Assembly: GCF_009914755.1 (NCBI RefSeq)
Contig: NC_060926.1
Source: the human T2T-CHM13v2.0 reference genome, Homo sapiens
Strand: one strand, 5' to 3'
Length of the DNA: 64,000 nucleotides
The translations under genes and the position numbers were made by a program. The notes below the pieces were generated by a model. The model ran no database searches, was not told where the DNA came from, and worked only from the letters and a program-made list of their open reading frames with translations. Of this stretch, positions 1 through 12,445 are shown piece by piece; position 1 is the first letter of the stretch; every line of letters begins with the position of its first letter.

Positions 1-142
1 TCAAGATTTGACTATATTTTAGATATTTTAAAATTGTATTATATTTTAGACTTTTAACACAATAACATGTTTTAAAAATTTGTTATGTGACTATAGAGCT
101 GCTAACAAGAGGTGTTTAGCTTAACAAAAATTACTCAAATGC

Positions 143-442
<300 letters not shown>

Positions 443-944
443 TCAAATGCAGAGTAAACCTTTCTAATCAGTGGGTTCCTACAGCTGGTTGATGTTCATT
501 ATGATACCTGTCAAACAAAGTCAAACAATCAGGTTGTATGTGGAAATTATGGTGGAACCAAAGTCCACAGTAGAATCTTGCTTTATTCTAGAGTCTTTAA
601 TAATAGTTATGATCTGAAAGCAAACATCTTAAGATGAGAATTTTCCTAGATTTAGAAGTGGTTATAGATTTTGCTGTGTAGTATATCATGGTTTAAATGT
701 CACTACTGGTTTGAGCTTTTCTAACAGTTGCTCCAGTTAAAACTGACCATGTGTAAGTATTTTTTCTTTGATTTGCATAGAGTTTTACAGCCTATAAATT
801 ATATCCATACAAATTATTTCACATGGCCCCTGCCACAGTCTTGTGAGGTAGATAGGTTGGATGGCGTTATTCTGAGTGTGTTTTTAGGCGCTCTGGATTT
901 CAACATCCTAAAGGGTAGAACCTGTGGGTGGTTTTGTATTCTTT

Positions 945-1100
945 CCCTTTGAACTTCTTATTATCAGTTTCTTTGTCTTCCAGATAAAGATCTTAAGACT
1001 TGTTCTGTAGGAGTGTTGTGAGAATGAAGTGAGATGAAGTCTATATAAGATATCTCGCATACTGCAGAACACATCACATAGGTGCTCAATCTATGCTTGT
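945..1100 (+). mobile_element. MIR fragment
   Basis: Degenerate MIR core/3' part (cagtttc...gttgtgagaatgaagtgagatga...taggtgctcaat). Confidence 0.55.
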
Positions 1101-1566
1101 TTCTCTCTCCCTCATCCTAATTTCCCAAGCGTATAGCATTCACATTCCTAAGTGTCATATATTTTTCATAGTAATGCTCATTACAAGTGTAGGAGAGGCA
1201 TTGGGGCGTATTGAGGAAAGAAAGAACAAGGGCTTGCATTAAAATCCCAGCTTCACTGTTCCCTAGCAGAATGACCGTGGTCAAGCTTCTGGTGAACATC
1301 TCTGGTTTCCTTGCTGGCAGAATGGATATGACTGCAGCTTACATGATTGTCATGTGTATTTGCTCTCTGCAGCCTAGTAGGCACTCAGTCCTTGTCTCTC
1401 GAGTCTGCCATTCATGTATACGGTGCTTTTGTGCATTTAGTATCGTCCATAATTTCTGTTGTTCTCAGAATTTGGGCCAAAAAAAAGCAGAAGGGAAGAA
1501 GAACATGTTATGTGTGTGTATGTTTATGTTAGTTATCAGTTGCTGCATAAAAAATTACTCCAAACT

Positions 1567-1880
<314 letters not shown>

Positions 1881-2250
1881 TTAAAGCCACAAACATTACC
1901 TTAGAGTTTCTGTGGTTCAGGAATTTAGAGGGACCTCAGTTGGTTGGTTCTGGCTCAGTTTCTTTCATGAAATTGCAACCAGGGTATCAGTAAGAGCTGC
2001 AGTTATCTGAAGGCTTGACTGGGCCTAGAAGATACTTTCAAGGTGGTTCACTCATGTGACTGTTGGCAGGAGATTTCAGTTCTTTGCCCCATGAGTGAGT
2101 GTCTCCTTAGACTGCTTGAGTATTCCCGTAGCATGGGAGTTGGCTTCCCCGAGAGTGAGTGATCCAACAGAGACAGACCACGACAGAAGCCACAGTGTCT
2201 TTTATGATGTAGTCTCTGAAGTTGCAAAGCATCATTCCATTTTTTTCTGT

Positions 2251-2380
2251 TATTTATTTATTTTTTAGAAACAGGGTCTTGCTATATTGCCAGGGTTAGT
2301 CTCGATCTCCTGAACTCAAGCAATCCTCCCCCTCAGCCTCCCAAAGTGCAGGGATTACAGGCATTAGCCACCATATCTGG
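2251..2380 (-). mobile_element. FLAM / Alu left monomer nested in MLT1
   Basis: Single monomer with T-rich tail. Confidence 0.8.
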
Positions 2381-4974
2381 TTTGTTCTTAGGCAAGATTC
2401 ACAAAAACCAGCCCATGTCCAAGGGGAGATTAGACTTTTAGATTTCACCTCTTAAAGATAGAAGTATCAGGGAATTTGTGGACATATTTTAAAACCATCA
2501 CAGTGTTCAACAGAAGGGGCACTCTTTTGATGAGAGTCAAAGGAAATGAGGAAGCTGAAAATGGGCAACCTAAAAAGAATTAGCTGACAGCTGGAAAACT
2601 TAGAGTGTACAACTATACATCAGTAATTTTTTTATTGGCAACTAATTGTTTTTCAATTTTATTTATCACATAATATTGGAGCATAGCTAGCTATATATGA
2701 TGATTTTGGGAAAAGGATATTGAGGCTGAAATCTTTCCTAATGATGAGATCTATTGAGTTTGGCCGTAGTCCCATAGGGGGAGTAGTTGGGGCCATTGGA
2801 TGCAGTCATTTAAAAACTGAGCCAGAGAGAAGTTTGTATTGGAAAAAAAAAATGAAGTAAATGACAGAATCAGTATTCTGCAAGCTTGGATTCTCTGAGA
2901 CTCTAATTTTAAATTAATTTAGAGATTTTAAAATGCCAATTTTCTATACAACTAAGTGCTTCAACAGATTTTTGTCTCCATTGAATCCATGAAACTTGAG
3001 AGTTGTTTTGGCCATTGCAAAAATGTTCATATCTTTGACTTCCTTGGTGCTTCTTAAAATATAATGCATTCAAGTTATAATTTTATTTTTGTTTGCTCTG
3101 GATTTTTATTGCTTGTGTGAAAGAATTGGAATCCCTTAGAGGCACATCAAGACATCTACTTCTGGCCTGGCAGCTCCAGTGACTCAGAATGTGTGTTCAG
3201 AGCCCAGGAGGTTTTGGTTTTCTTCTCTGCCTTGTCTTTTGACTCTTTTTTTTTCTTTTATGCAGAATTTAAATTTCGTGAAGTGTAATAAGTCATTTCC
3301 TTCACTATGTCTGCCTCGGTGTCGGAAGAAAATTCCCAAGCCCTCTTTATGAAGATGGTAGAAGCCTGAGGCATTCAACTCCTTTAAAGTTTTGTGACTT
3401 CCAGCTATCAGTTGTTTGAGTAAAAGTCATTTCTCTGCCTTTCACATTGTCTGCCCTTCCTGTTGCTTTCCCTTCCCATTGTCCATCTTCCCATGGATTC
3501 TCAGCCTCAGTTCATACCAGGCCTCTTCATTTCCAACCCCCGTATTCCATTCCCATGACACTCCCCTCTTACCACATTCTCTCTTCCAGTCCTAAAAAGA
3601 GAATCACCAGGTGGGACATTTGTTATAGATAGAAAAGGAGGATAAGAATATAGACTATTTTCTTTGGCCTGACTGAGGCCAAAGGAAGGTGGGAAAAGTG
3701 GAGAAATATCCATAGACGTGTCTGCAAAGAGTCAAGAGACAATGGAGGGTTGAAACATTTGGTTGTGCCTAGGTCAGTGAAAATCATGGAGGGAAGGAGT
3801 ATTTTAGTTGAGTCAAAAGGGTGGAATGTGGGGAAGAAGAGGAAAAGGTTTTTAGGGAAAGGAAACTGCATGAGTGAGGTGTCTGAGTGGGGACCTGTGG
3901 ACAGCGTGGCTTGGCTCAGGCCCTGGCTTTACATGGAGATGTGGTGGGAGGCGAGGCTAGGTTGGACCTAGGTAGGAAAGGGGCTTACTTTCCCTTAAGG
4001 GAGTTTGATTTTGTCAGAAATATTTGTCATAACAATGATATAGGATCCTAATTTTCAAAGTGTGTGGTAGAGATAATTTGGGACCCTCGAGAGGAATGGC
4101 CCCCTGTTTAGCTTGTGAGTAAGCCATCAAATGTGTTCCTTGGTAAACAAATAGCCCAGTAGATATCTATCATTTAGTCAGACATGCTTCTCCACATACA
4201 GATAGGTGTTATTTATAGAAATGGTCAAATGCCTCCATTTACTTGCTCTTTGAAAGACAACAAATGTGGGGATAAATAAAACCTAACTGTGTTCCAAAAT
4301 TAAGGGACAGAAAATTTGAGTCATGTGAAGCATATGTAACCCACTGTGGTTATAAAGAGCCTATGCAAATTAGGCAGATTGCATGCGTAGTAGAGATGGA
4401 AGACAGGTAAGTGTGTTGATTGCTCTGCTCCTTATTCTGTTTACAGAGAGCAGTGAAGTCAGTCTTCTTGTCAGTTGCACATCTGCACATCCGGGTCCTC
4501 CAGCCACATGGCCATGGTGTGGAATTTAAAGCTGTGCTGCTGCGAAGACTGGCATAGAATCTTTGAGGGAGGTAGCTATTTTTCATTTCTGAAAAAATGT
4601 ATCTTTTAAATGGCTTTCCCCCTTGGGAGACAGACTCTTAGAGTAACATCTTGAACTGTGATGCCCTTCACTCTCTCTAGTTCCCAAAAACCCAGGGCAA
4701 ACTCATTGAACCCTCAACAAGTATGGCTCCCATGATTGTCAGGATTCTAGATTGTGGCTGTGGATTACATTCTCAATTCAGAATTAGGAGATTGGGTACA
4801 TTGAGCTCTTGCTCCCCCTTTCTTTTTTCCTCCTTTTTATGAACGGATTCAAGACCTTTCTTCTTGGAGGATGTGTTTCTTCAACTCTCAGTCACAGCAT
4901 TTCAAATACTACTATCCCTTCTGGATGGGGCAATGCTGGTAGGTTCTCTTAACATTCAGAATTAGGAACAGAGA

Positions 4975-5112
4975 AGGGATTGCCAGATGTGTTCTAGATG
5001 AGGGATTTCCAGATGTGTTCTAGACAGGTGATTTTTAAAAGTCATTTTGAAAGAGACACCTGGAACAGCCTGGAACAGAGACACCTGGAAGGAGACACCT
5101 GGAACAGCCTGG
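4975..5112. repeat. Local microduplication cluster
   Basis: 26-bp-period pair agggattKccagatgtgttctaga (4975, 5001); gagacacctggaa x3 and cagcctgg x2 (5053-5112). Confidence 0.85.
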
Positions 5113-8100
5113 TATGGTTCTGGAGCCAATGATGGGGAAAAGAAAGTACAGTTGGTAATAAAAGTGGAGAACGAGCAAAAACAAATCCATGGCTTTTTGA
5201 CATGTTCATGGTCTGTCCTTTTTTGTAAAATATTTTTCTTTAACATTATAGATCCTGAAGGGGTTCAACTGTCCAGGCATACTTCTTCAGTTTAGGGATG
5301 CGGAACACCCAGAAAAGTTCAGGACAGGCTCCGGACTGCAGTCCAGGGCAGAGGCGACAGCACTTGCTGTCGGCATTCCAGTAACCAGAGGCAGCAACAG
5401 GGCACACACCTCAGTTCTAGTGGACCCAGAACCACACCAGACTGTCCCACGGTGTCTCTTTCAAAAATTAAATATCTTACACAGATTTTATCTATAAAGT
5501 TAGAAGTTTCCATCATGTGTCAAGATGATTCTTGCATAATATGTTGTGAAATTTTAGTAGCAAGTAATTTTCTGTTTTTCTTTTCAAAAGTACTTGAGAA
5601 ATTGCTATTTCCTATTGCTTATTCAGTTATTCTCTTTAACATATTTAATTAAAAATGGTTTTACTTTTAAAAAATATTATTGGCTATTTTTTCGGGTAAA
5701 TTTTTAGGGGAAAAATGTCTTTTGTAAAGATGGCAAGGTTTCCAACCCGTAATGACTTATGCTTTTTCTTGATCTGAGACTTAGATTTCTATCACTGTTG
5801 TAGCAATTGTTTCTCTCTGCCTCTTTCTTTAGTTACTCCTGCCTCAGTAACTCAAGAGATGGAGCTGAAAGATTACTCTGGATTCTTACCTGTGGAACTG
5901 CCCACATCAGTACTAGTGATCTCATCTGAGTTTCCTTCTTGGAGGGTTTTCCAGGACTGGGGCTGCCTGGTGAAGTAATAGATTTGATATTAATTTTTAT
6001 TTACATAGCACCTTTCTTGAGGAACACAGAGCAGTCTATGGGCATTATTTTAATAGTCCAGGAGGAGTTAAGCAAGCCTGGAGAGCTGAACAATAAAGTC
6101 CTGTTATTCTAAGCATTATTTAATATTTTTATGATTTGTCCTTCAAAGAATTCTTGGCCTTCGGGTAAGCGATGGACTGCAAGTGGGAGAATGAACTGTT
6201 AGCTCAGTCTCTCTCACACCCTGAAGAGTGTACACGTGACTTGTGTATTGAATCAGCCTGTAGGTCTCTTTAAACCGGGTGGTGGCTTTAAACCACAGAG
6301 AGGTTGCTTCTTCCCAGAGGATATTGCCTGTGCTGGTTGGTCCCCATTGTTTAAGTTGGATGCACGCTAATGTGCTGTTGCGGCATTCTGGACGAATGCT
6401 GAGGAGACTGTATTTGTTCATGACATCTGATGTGAGTCTTGAACTTGTTACATTTATTTCTCTGCTTTTGGTCACATCTTGGTCTGATGACCAAACAAGG
6501 CAACTGTGCCCTTTTCTAGACTGATGTCTGTTTGTCAAGCACAGTTTTCACATTTTTATATTTTTCTCTATTGTTAACAACCCCGAAGCAGAAATGAAAG
6601 CTTTTTATCACGGGAGGAGGGGTATCGGCTTCACTTCCATCCCATTCACCATTCACTCTGAATATCTGTGGTTTGTTTTAAACCGAGTGCCAGTGTCTCT
6701 TCTTGGAGGTATAAATTTGCACAGGGTCTGGCAGACGCTGCAGACAGGATGTTGACTCTTGAGTGTCTTGACTGACTAGGAGGCCCAATGGAGGTGCTGC
6801 ATGGCTCCAGGCAATCTGTGCCTCTAGCCAAGGCCTCCAAAACCCAAAGTTTTAAAGTGCTTGCTTAAGATTTTGGGGGCTGATTCACCTAAAGGGATCT
6901 AAAAATTGCATTTTTTTTCCTCCAAAGGACCAAGCACTGAAGTTGTGCCAGTGGTTTCCCTGTTAACTCCTGACTGGCCTGATTTTTGCTTCTCAGACTT
7001 ATAATTCCTAATCACCTGGTAGGTGCCACTCGGGATGGTCTTCTGCCTCTGGTTAGTCCTGAGCTTGTTTTCTCACTGGTGCAGCAGGACCTTAGACCAA
7101 AATGACCTCCAGCATCCTGTGAGTCTTGGATCTCTGTGGGATCCGACAGTCACCCTTGCCCCATGCTTCGGGTTACTTTGTCTATTCCACAATTATTGGG
7201 TGCCTACTCTCTGCAAGGCATCAGGAGTCCTTGAATATTACCTTATTCAAGACATGCAAAGAAGATGCTTCTGATAGACCAAATGGCTTTTGCGGGAGAA
7301 CTTGTGTCTACTGTTAGTGAATTCCTACTAAATTCTTGAAAGGTGAGTGGTATTGCCTTCAGCGTGTCACATGTGAGGAATTTGAAGCTCAGAGCATGGA
7401 TCTCTGTTTGATGAACTTTAAAACTTAAACTTTTTACACTATACCCTAAATATGTGGGAATGATTTTCAAGGAGTAGAGATGGGAGAACATATTTTCTAA
7501 TCCATCCAGCATTTATGGAGATCCTGTTAGAGCTCTGGATAATAATCTAGTGTCAAAAGCAGTAGTGCATTTTCACTACCAATTTTGAGAAGATTGGCAT
7601 GAAAACCTAAAGCTAATTATAATGAAGAAGTAAGTGCTTCATGGAGATGGGAGGACCCGCTTAGAATACAAGTGTCTGTTTTAGAATTAGATTACTTTAT
7701 AGCAGAATGCTTGTAAAACACAAGCATTTTTATTTTTATATGAAATAAAATATAGCTTCTGCTTCCAAGAAGATGTGAACATTGTAAAAATCAGAATTAA
7801 GTCATATGAAACTGTCTCTGCCTTTTGAAAATCCAGATGATTCCAAGCCAAAAGAAATTTTTTTTTGGCAAAGAAATATAAGAAGTTTTTAATAACAATA
7901 GGCCCGGAGAATCTCCAGTGCTTATAAAGTGACTACTGTAGCTGGGAGGTGAAATGGGAATAATGATTAAGTGCTTGCTTTCTTTGGATGTCTCAGTTTG
8001 CCTAAGTGAGCATAATTTAGGTGACTGTGTGAGCATCTGTGTGGCAGCTGCTGGTGCTACAAGTTAATGCCAGAGAAGACAAAATAGTTGGCACACAGAT

Positions 8101-8420
8101 TCTAATTTCATGATTGTACCAGGAGCCAGAAAAAGGAGGAGTTTATATTCTTTTGAAGTGGGAAAATGTTGTCTCTTTTTTTCTTGGGTTTCACACACTT
8201 GAACACACAAAGTATCCTCAAGATATTTGTAAGCATTTTCCGACAACTTAGATTATAAGCTGATTTGTTTGTGCTACTGTGAAAAAGCAAATCAAACTAG
8301 GTGAATTTTCTCTGCTGGTGAAATCAGGATTCTGTTGTTTTTTTTGAATTTCTAAGGTAGACTCCCAGATAACTTTAAAATGTCCTGTAAGCATTTAAAG
8401 GAGGGGTTACTGAAGTGTTT

Positions 8421-8591
8421 AAGTAAAGTTTGATTGGAACACAGCCATGCCCACTCATTTACATATTGTTTTTGACAGGCTGCTTTCCAGCTAAGCGGGT
8501 CCACAGAGTTGAATAGGAATAGAGTCCTTTTCGCCTACAATCCTAATATAGTTACAATTTGGCCCTTTGTAGAAAAAGTTTGCTAGCCCTC
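8421..8591 (+). mobile_element. MER58A (hAT-Charlie) 3' part
   Basis: taaagttttgattggaacacagccatgccc...ggccctttgtagaaaaagtttgctagccct. Confidence 0.75.
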
Positions 8592-8892
8592 GATTTAAAG
8601 TATTGACTGATAGTAGCATCCTATTGGATGTCATTTTGCAAGGTGCCAGAAGGTCTGCTTGGCCACTAGGACATCTTGCCATTTCAGACAACATGTCTTG
8701 ATCCTCCAGGGTTAGAACCACCGGTGAAGGAGAAACTGTCTTGGAAAACCATTTGAAAAGAATGGAGGGCTTTCTCCTCCAGAGGAATAATTTTTCTTCT
8801 TCTAAGTGAGATGACCAACCCAGCTGATGGGTTCAAGTCCTAATTTTAGCTTTCTTTGATTAAGTGGCATTTATCTCAAAGATAACTTATTT

Positions 8893-9175
8893 GAAGGGCT
8901 GTCATGTGGAAGAGGCATTAGATTGTGAGGCCATGGGGAACCAAATTAGGATTAATGTGTGCAAGTTACTGTGAGGCCAGATTTCAGCTCAATAAAAAAT
9001 AGTACTTGCTGGGAACTGCCATAACTCTCATGTGCTTTTGTGGGTAATGAGCTGCCCGTCACTAGAGATTTTCAAGTAGAGGTTACACGACCACTTGATA
9101 CGTGGAATGCAAACAGTGGATGAGAGATGGTTGCGTTAGAAAACCTCTGGGGCCCCATTCCAACCCTGAAATTGG
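8893..9175 (+). mobile_element. L3/CR1 LINE 3' fragment
   Basis: gaagggctgtcatgtggaagagg...ggtaatgagctgcccgtcactagag...ccattccaaccctga resembles the CR1/L3 3' end. Confidence 0.6.
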
Positions 9176-9639
9176 AATGGCTTCTTTGGTTAAAGTTCTT
9201 TGTTTCCAAGCTCAGCTTATGACCACAGTTTTAATTTGTTGAGGGTCTTATAGAGGCATCTTGGGATGATTTTCTGAAAATATAATATTAGCCAAACCAA
9301 AGCAGTATAAAGAGAGACAAGCTTTTCTGGTGGGCAAAGATGGTATAAAAAAGGCTGGCCCAGAGCCTCTCTCCCCTTTGGCCACTCCAGTCATGGAGTG
9401 GCGTCAGAAGGGCACTGCTTCTTGACGGCCTTAAAGCCTGACAGATGACTGGCTGTCTTCAGCTACTGCTACCATCTTTGCTTTCTGCCTAGTCTCCTGG
9501 AAAGAGGAAGGACCTGGCTAGGGGCCTATCGCAGATGTAGCAATCAAAACAGTGTGTGTCTTGCAATTTGCCAGAGAGTTCAGGTTGCGATCCAGCAGTG
9601 AAGGGCAGGTCTGGGTGAAGCAGAACTGCACAGAGACAG

Positions 9640-9780
9640 TGCAGTTCTGCCGTCATAGCACAAAAGCAGCCATAGACAGTACAGAAATGAATGAGGGTGG
9701 CTATGTTCCAGTAAAGCTTTATTTACAAAAGCAGGCAGCAAGCTGGATTGGGTCCCTGAACTGTAGCTTGCTGACCTCTG
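9640..9780 (-). mobile_element. MER58A fragment
   Basis: aaagcagccatagaca...gtggctatgttccagtaaagctttatttacaaaagcaggc...ttgctgacctctg. Confidence 0.7.
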
Positions 9781-10199
9781 ATAGAGACGTTGAAAGTTAG
9801 AAGTGTGTAGAAAATGCCAGTTTCAATTCTCTCAAGTTTTGGAAAAACTGAACTGAACTGGACTGAAATGGCATGTCCGGAGTCACACCGTGGTTGAGCT
9901 GGGATTGTAAACCAGGATATACTTTTAGTCTAGGGCTTATTTTGTGATACCACATAGCCTCGGCTGTGTGGTCAGGTGATAGCATTTCGTTTTTAAGAGA
10001 AGGCCACGCTAATGAAAGAAAGCTCCATCCCCAGTGGCTACTCCAGGTGGTCTATGAATAGAGACAGTGAGAGCCCAAGGGTGTTATTTTTAGGGAGGCA
10101 ACCATTTATCCCTGTGACCTGGCTTACCCCTTTAAAGATGGGCCCCGTTCACAGGAAAACAAAATATATGTTGCCTAAATTCTTATGGAGAAATAGTGC

Positions 10200-10752
10200 C
10201 CTGGAGTTGTGAAAAAGAAATGGGCTCCCGCAGCTGCGTCACAGCATTTGATCACTTCAGCCGAGAGTGCCAGGAGATTTGAGACAGATGTTTTCAGACA
10301 TGCCGCATGCCTAAAACATTTCCAGGGGTCGGGCTGCAAATAGTGACTTAATAAGTGGAGAAACAGGGAAAGTATGCAAGTTGAGGACACAAGAGTTTAT
10401 TCACCGCTAGGTGCACGGCCAACCCCTTTGCATTACATCTGCCTGTCAGGGTTGGCTCTTTAATCTGTCGTGCCCTCGGTATTGCTCTTTGTCTGCCCGT
10501 GAATAAAGTGCAGCATTGTGGTTAGTAATCCCACTCCAGTGACTCGACTTCAAATGTGGTTTTGGAGTGCATCCCAGAGTTCTGTTTGCTAAGCTTCCTA
10601 CTCCTGTTTCAGAGACACCACTGAATACAGAGCAGCGAGCACTGAAGGCTTCCCTCTTTCCTTAAACCTGTCGGGTTGTGGGCTCTCTCTTTTCCCCTCT
10701 TGCTCCTTTCTTTTCTTTTTTTCTGTTTTTTTAAACCTTCCAAGGCAAGTTC
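10200..10752 (+). promoter_or_regulatory. LTBP1: LTBP-1S internal promoter and pyrimidine-rich 5'UTR (TSS not resolvable from sequence; no clear TATA box)
   Basis: Repeat-free unique sequence directly upstream of the S ATG. An independent S promoter is established knowledge. Boundaries are approximate. Confidence 0.65.
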
Positions 10753-10975
10753 ATGGATACTAAGCTGATGTGTTTGTTGTTCTTTTTCTCCCTGCCTCCG
10801 CTCCTAGTGAGTAACCACACTGGCCGCATCAAGGTGGTCTTTACTCCGAGCATCTGTAAAGTGACCTGCACCAAGGGCAGCTGTCAGAACAGCTGTGAGA
10901 AGGGGAACACCACCACTCTCATTAGTGAGAATGGTCATGCTGCCGACACCCTGACGGCCACGAACTTCCGAGTGG
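10753..10975 (+). CDS. LTBP1: LTBP-1S first coding exon: signal peptide, 4-Cys region, N-glycosylation sequons NHT and NTT
   Basis: Translates [74 protein letters not shown], the LTBP-1S N-terminus. In-frame TAA upstream at 10663-10665. Donor G|GTGAGT at 10975/10976 (phase 1). Confidence 0.96.
10808..10975 (+). CDS. LTBP1: Internal 168-nt exon of long isoform LTBP-1L (shared 3' part of the S first exon), phase 1-1
   Basis: Pyrimidine tract 10771-10805 plus acceptor CTCCTAG|TGAGTAAC (AG 10806-10807). LTBP-1L joins the common sequence at ...[12 protein letters not shown] (recalled protein), which fits a phase-1 junction here. Confidence 0.85.
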
Positions 10976-11346
10976 GTGAGTTCCTCCACGGTCCCTAACT
11001 GTCCTTACTGAGTCGAGTTTTATGAGATTGTAGCATTTAGACACCCCCTCCATTCACACTGCTGTCTGCTTCAATGGGTGTCTGTCTATGAGTACGAGTA
11101 TGTTTCTTTCATGGGATCTTTTAAATTGCTTTCGGAATAATTTTTAACCTGATTCTTGGTTTCTTAGGGGAATGGCAACTAGAATATTTTCCCTTATTGC
11201 TTAGCATTTACACAGCCATGTGGTAATGGGAATATATATAGTAGAAGAGAAGAGAGTAGGTTTTAGATTTAGACCCTAAGGCATGGCTTGTGCTGATAAG
11301 CTTCAAATTTTATCAGCCCAGTGATAAGTGGAATTTGTCTTAGATT

Positions 11347-11353
11347 TGACTCA
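11347..11353. promoter_or_regulatory. Perfect AP-1 motif TGACTCA, 370 bp into the S first intron
   Basis: Exact consensus match; function untested. Confidence 0.3.
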
Positions 11354-11535
11354 TGTAATAAATTTTGGAAGGTGGTGATGAAATTTGAAGTTTTTACTTC
11401 AAAAATAGCCAAGCTCTAAAACAAAACTCCGAGAATTGTCAAAAACCTGTACTTGGTTGTAGAAAAGGATACAGAGTTGCATCTTTTGCCACGTTTCTGC
11501 TCCGTCTCACAAGACTGAATATAAATTGATATATA

Positions 11536-11636
11536 ACGTGGATTTGGGGAAGACAGACTGGTAGATTACTCTCAGTACTCCTTTTTTACGTGGATTTGGG
11601 GAAGACAGACTGGTAGATTACTCTCAGTACTCCTTT
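11536..11636. repeat. Perfect tandem duplication: 49-bp identity, 52-bp period
   Basis: acgtggatttggggaagacagactggtagattactctcagtactccttt at 11536 and 11588, separated by TTT. Confidence 0.97.
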
Positions 11637-12314
11637 AAGTTAATTTAAATATGAACTAGTAGTTGCTGTCTGCAAGAAAGCCTTGTTGGTTCATTTTGAA
11701 TTTTTGTTTTTTACTTTTTTGCAAATGGAGAAAGGATTGTGGTCCACGGAATGCTGTCATGTTGCCATGTTGTCATGCAATACAGTATTTTTGTCCCAGA
11801 AAAATGTCTTTTATTATTTTTTGACCAATTATGGTTTGCCATGTGTACTCAAATAATCGCAGACACCCACGTTACTTTCTGAGTTACTCACAAGAATAAC
11901 CCAAATGTCAGACAGATAATAACACTGGCTAGATCTGGTCTTTTTATGGAATATTGCTGTTTAGTCTTGGAAGTGTGTGTCTGGGGGGGTGGTAGGAGAA
12001 GGGGTGTCTGTGTCAAACTGATTTACATCAAGACAAAATAAAGGGACAGCTTGAAGTTCTTATTAGATCTTTGATTATTCTGCTGTTTTATTGTGACTCC
12101 CAATCCTTAGGAGGTCAAAGCATATTTTTGATCGTCTGTACTTGGAAAAAATATGTGCCCATAGATACGATTTAAAAGGGCATTGTGAGTTTCCTGGCTA
12201 TGATAGGGGTACTCTGGGCATAGTTTTTAAAAGAATTTAGCCATTAGGTGCCAAATGGCACATTATGCTTTGCAGGGCAGGGAGCCAAGTCTAATGGGAA
12301 GTGAACTGATGATC

Positions 12315-12445
12315 AGGAAACTGGATTCTGGTCCCGGTCCTGCCACTAACTAGCTAATCCGTAGGGCATGCCGGTTAATATTTCTGGGCCTCAGTTTTTC
12401 TCATTCATAAAATAAATGGGATTGTATTTAATGACCTCTAAAATT
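12315..12445 (+). mobile_element. MIR fragment
   Basis: ctggattctggtcccggtcctgccactaactagct...tctgggcctcagtttttctcattcataaaat. Confidence 0.6.

Noticed and set aside
10296-10312. p53-like site AGACATGCCGCATGCCT in the S promoter
   Set aside because: The two CATG cores are 7 bp apart rather than 10, and the half-sites overlap with mismatches; not a canonical response element.
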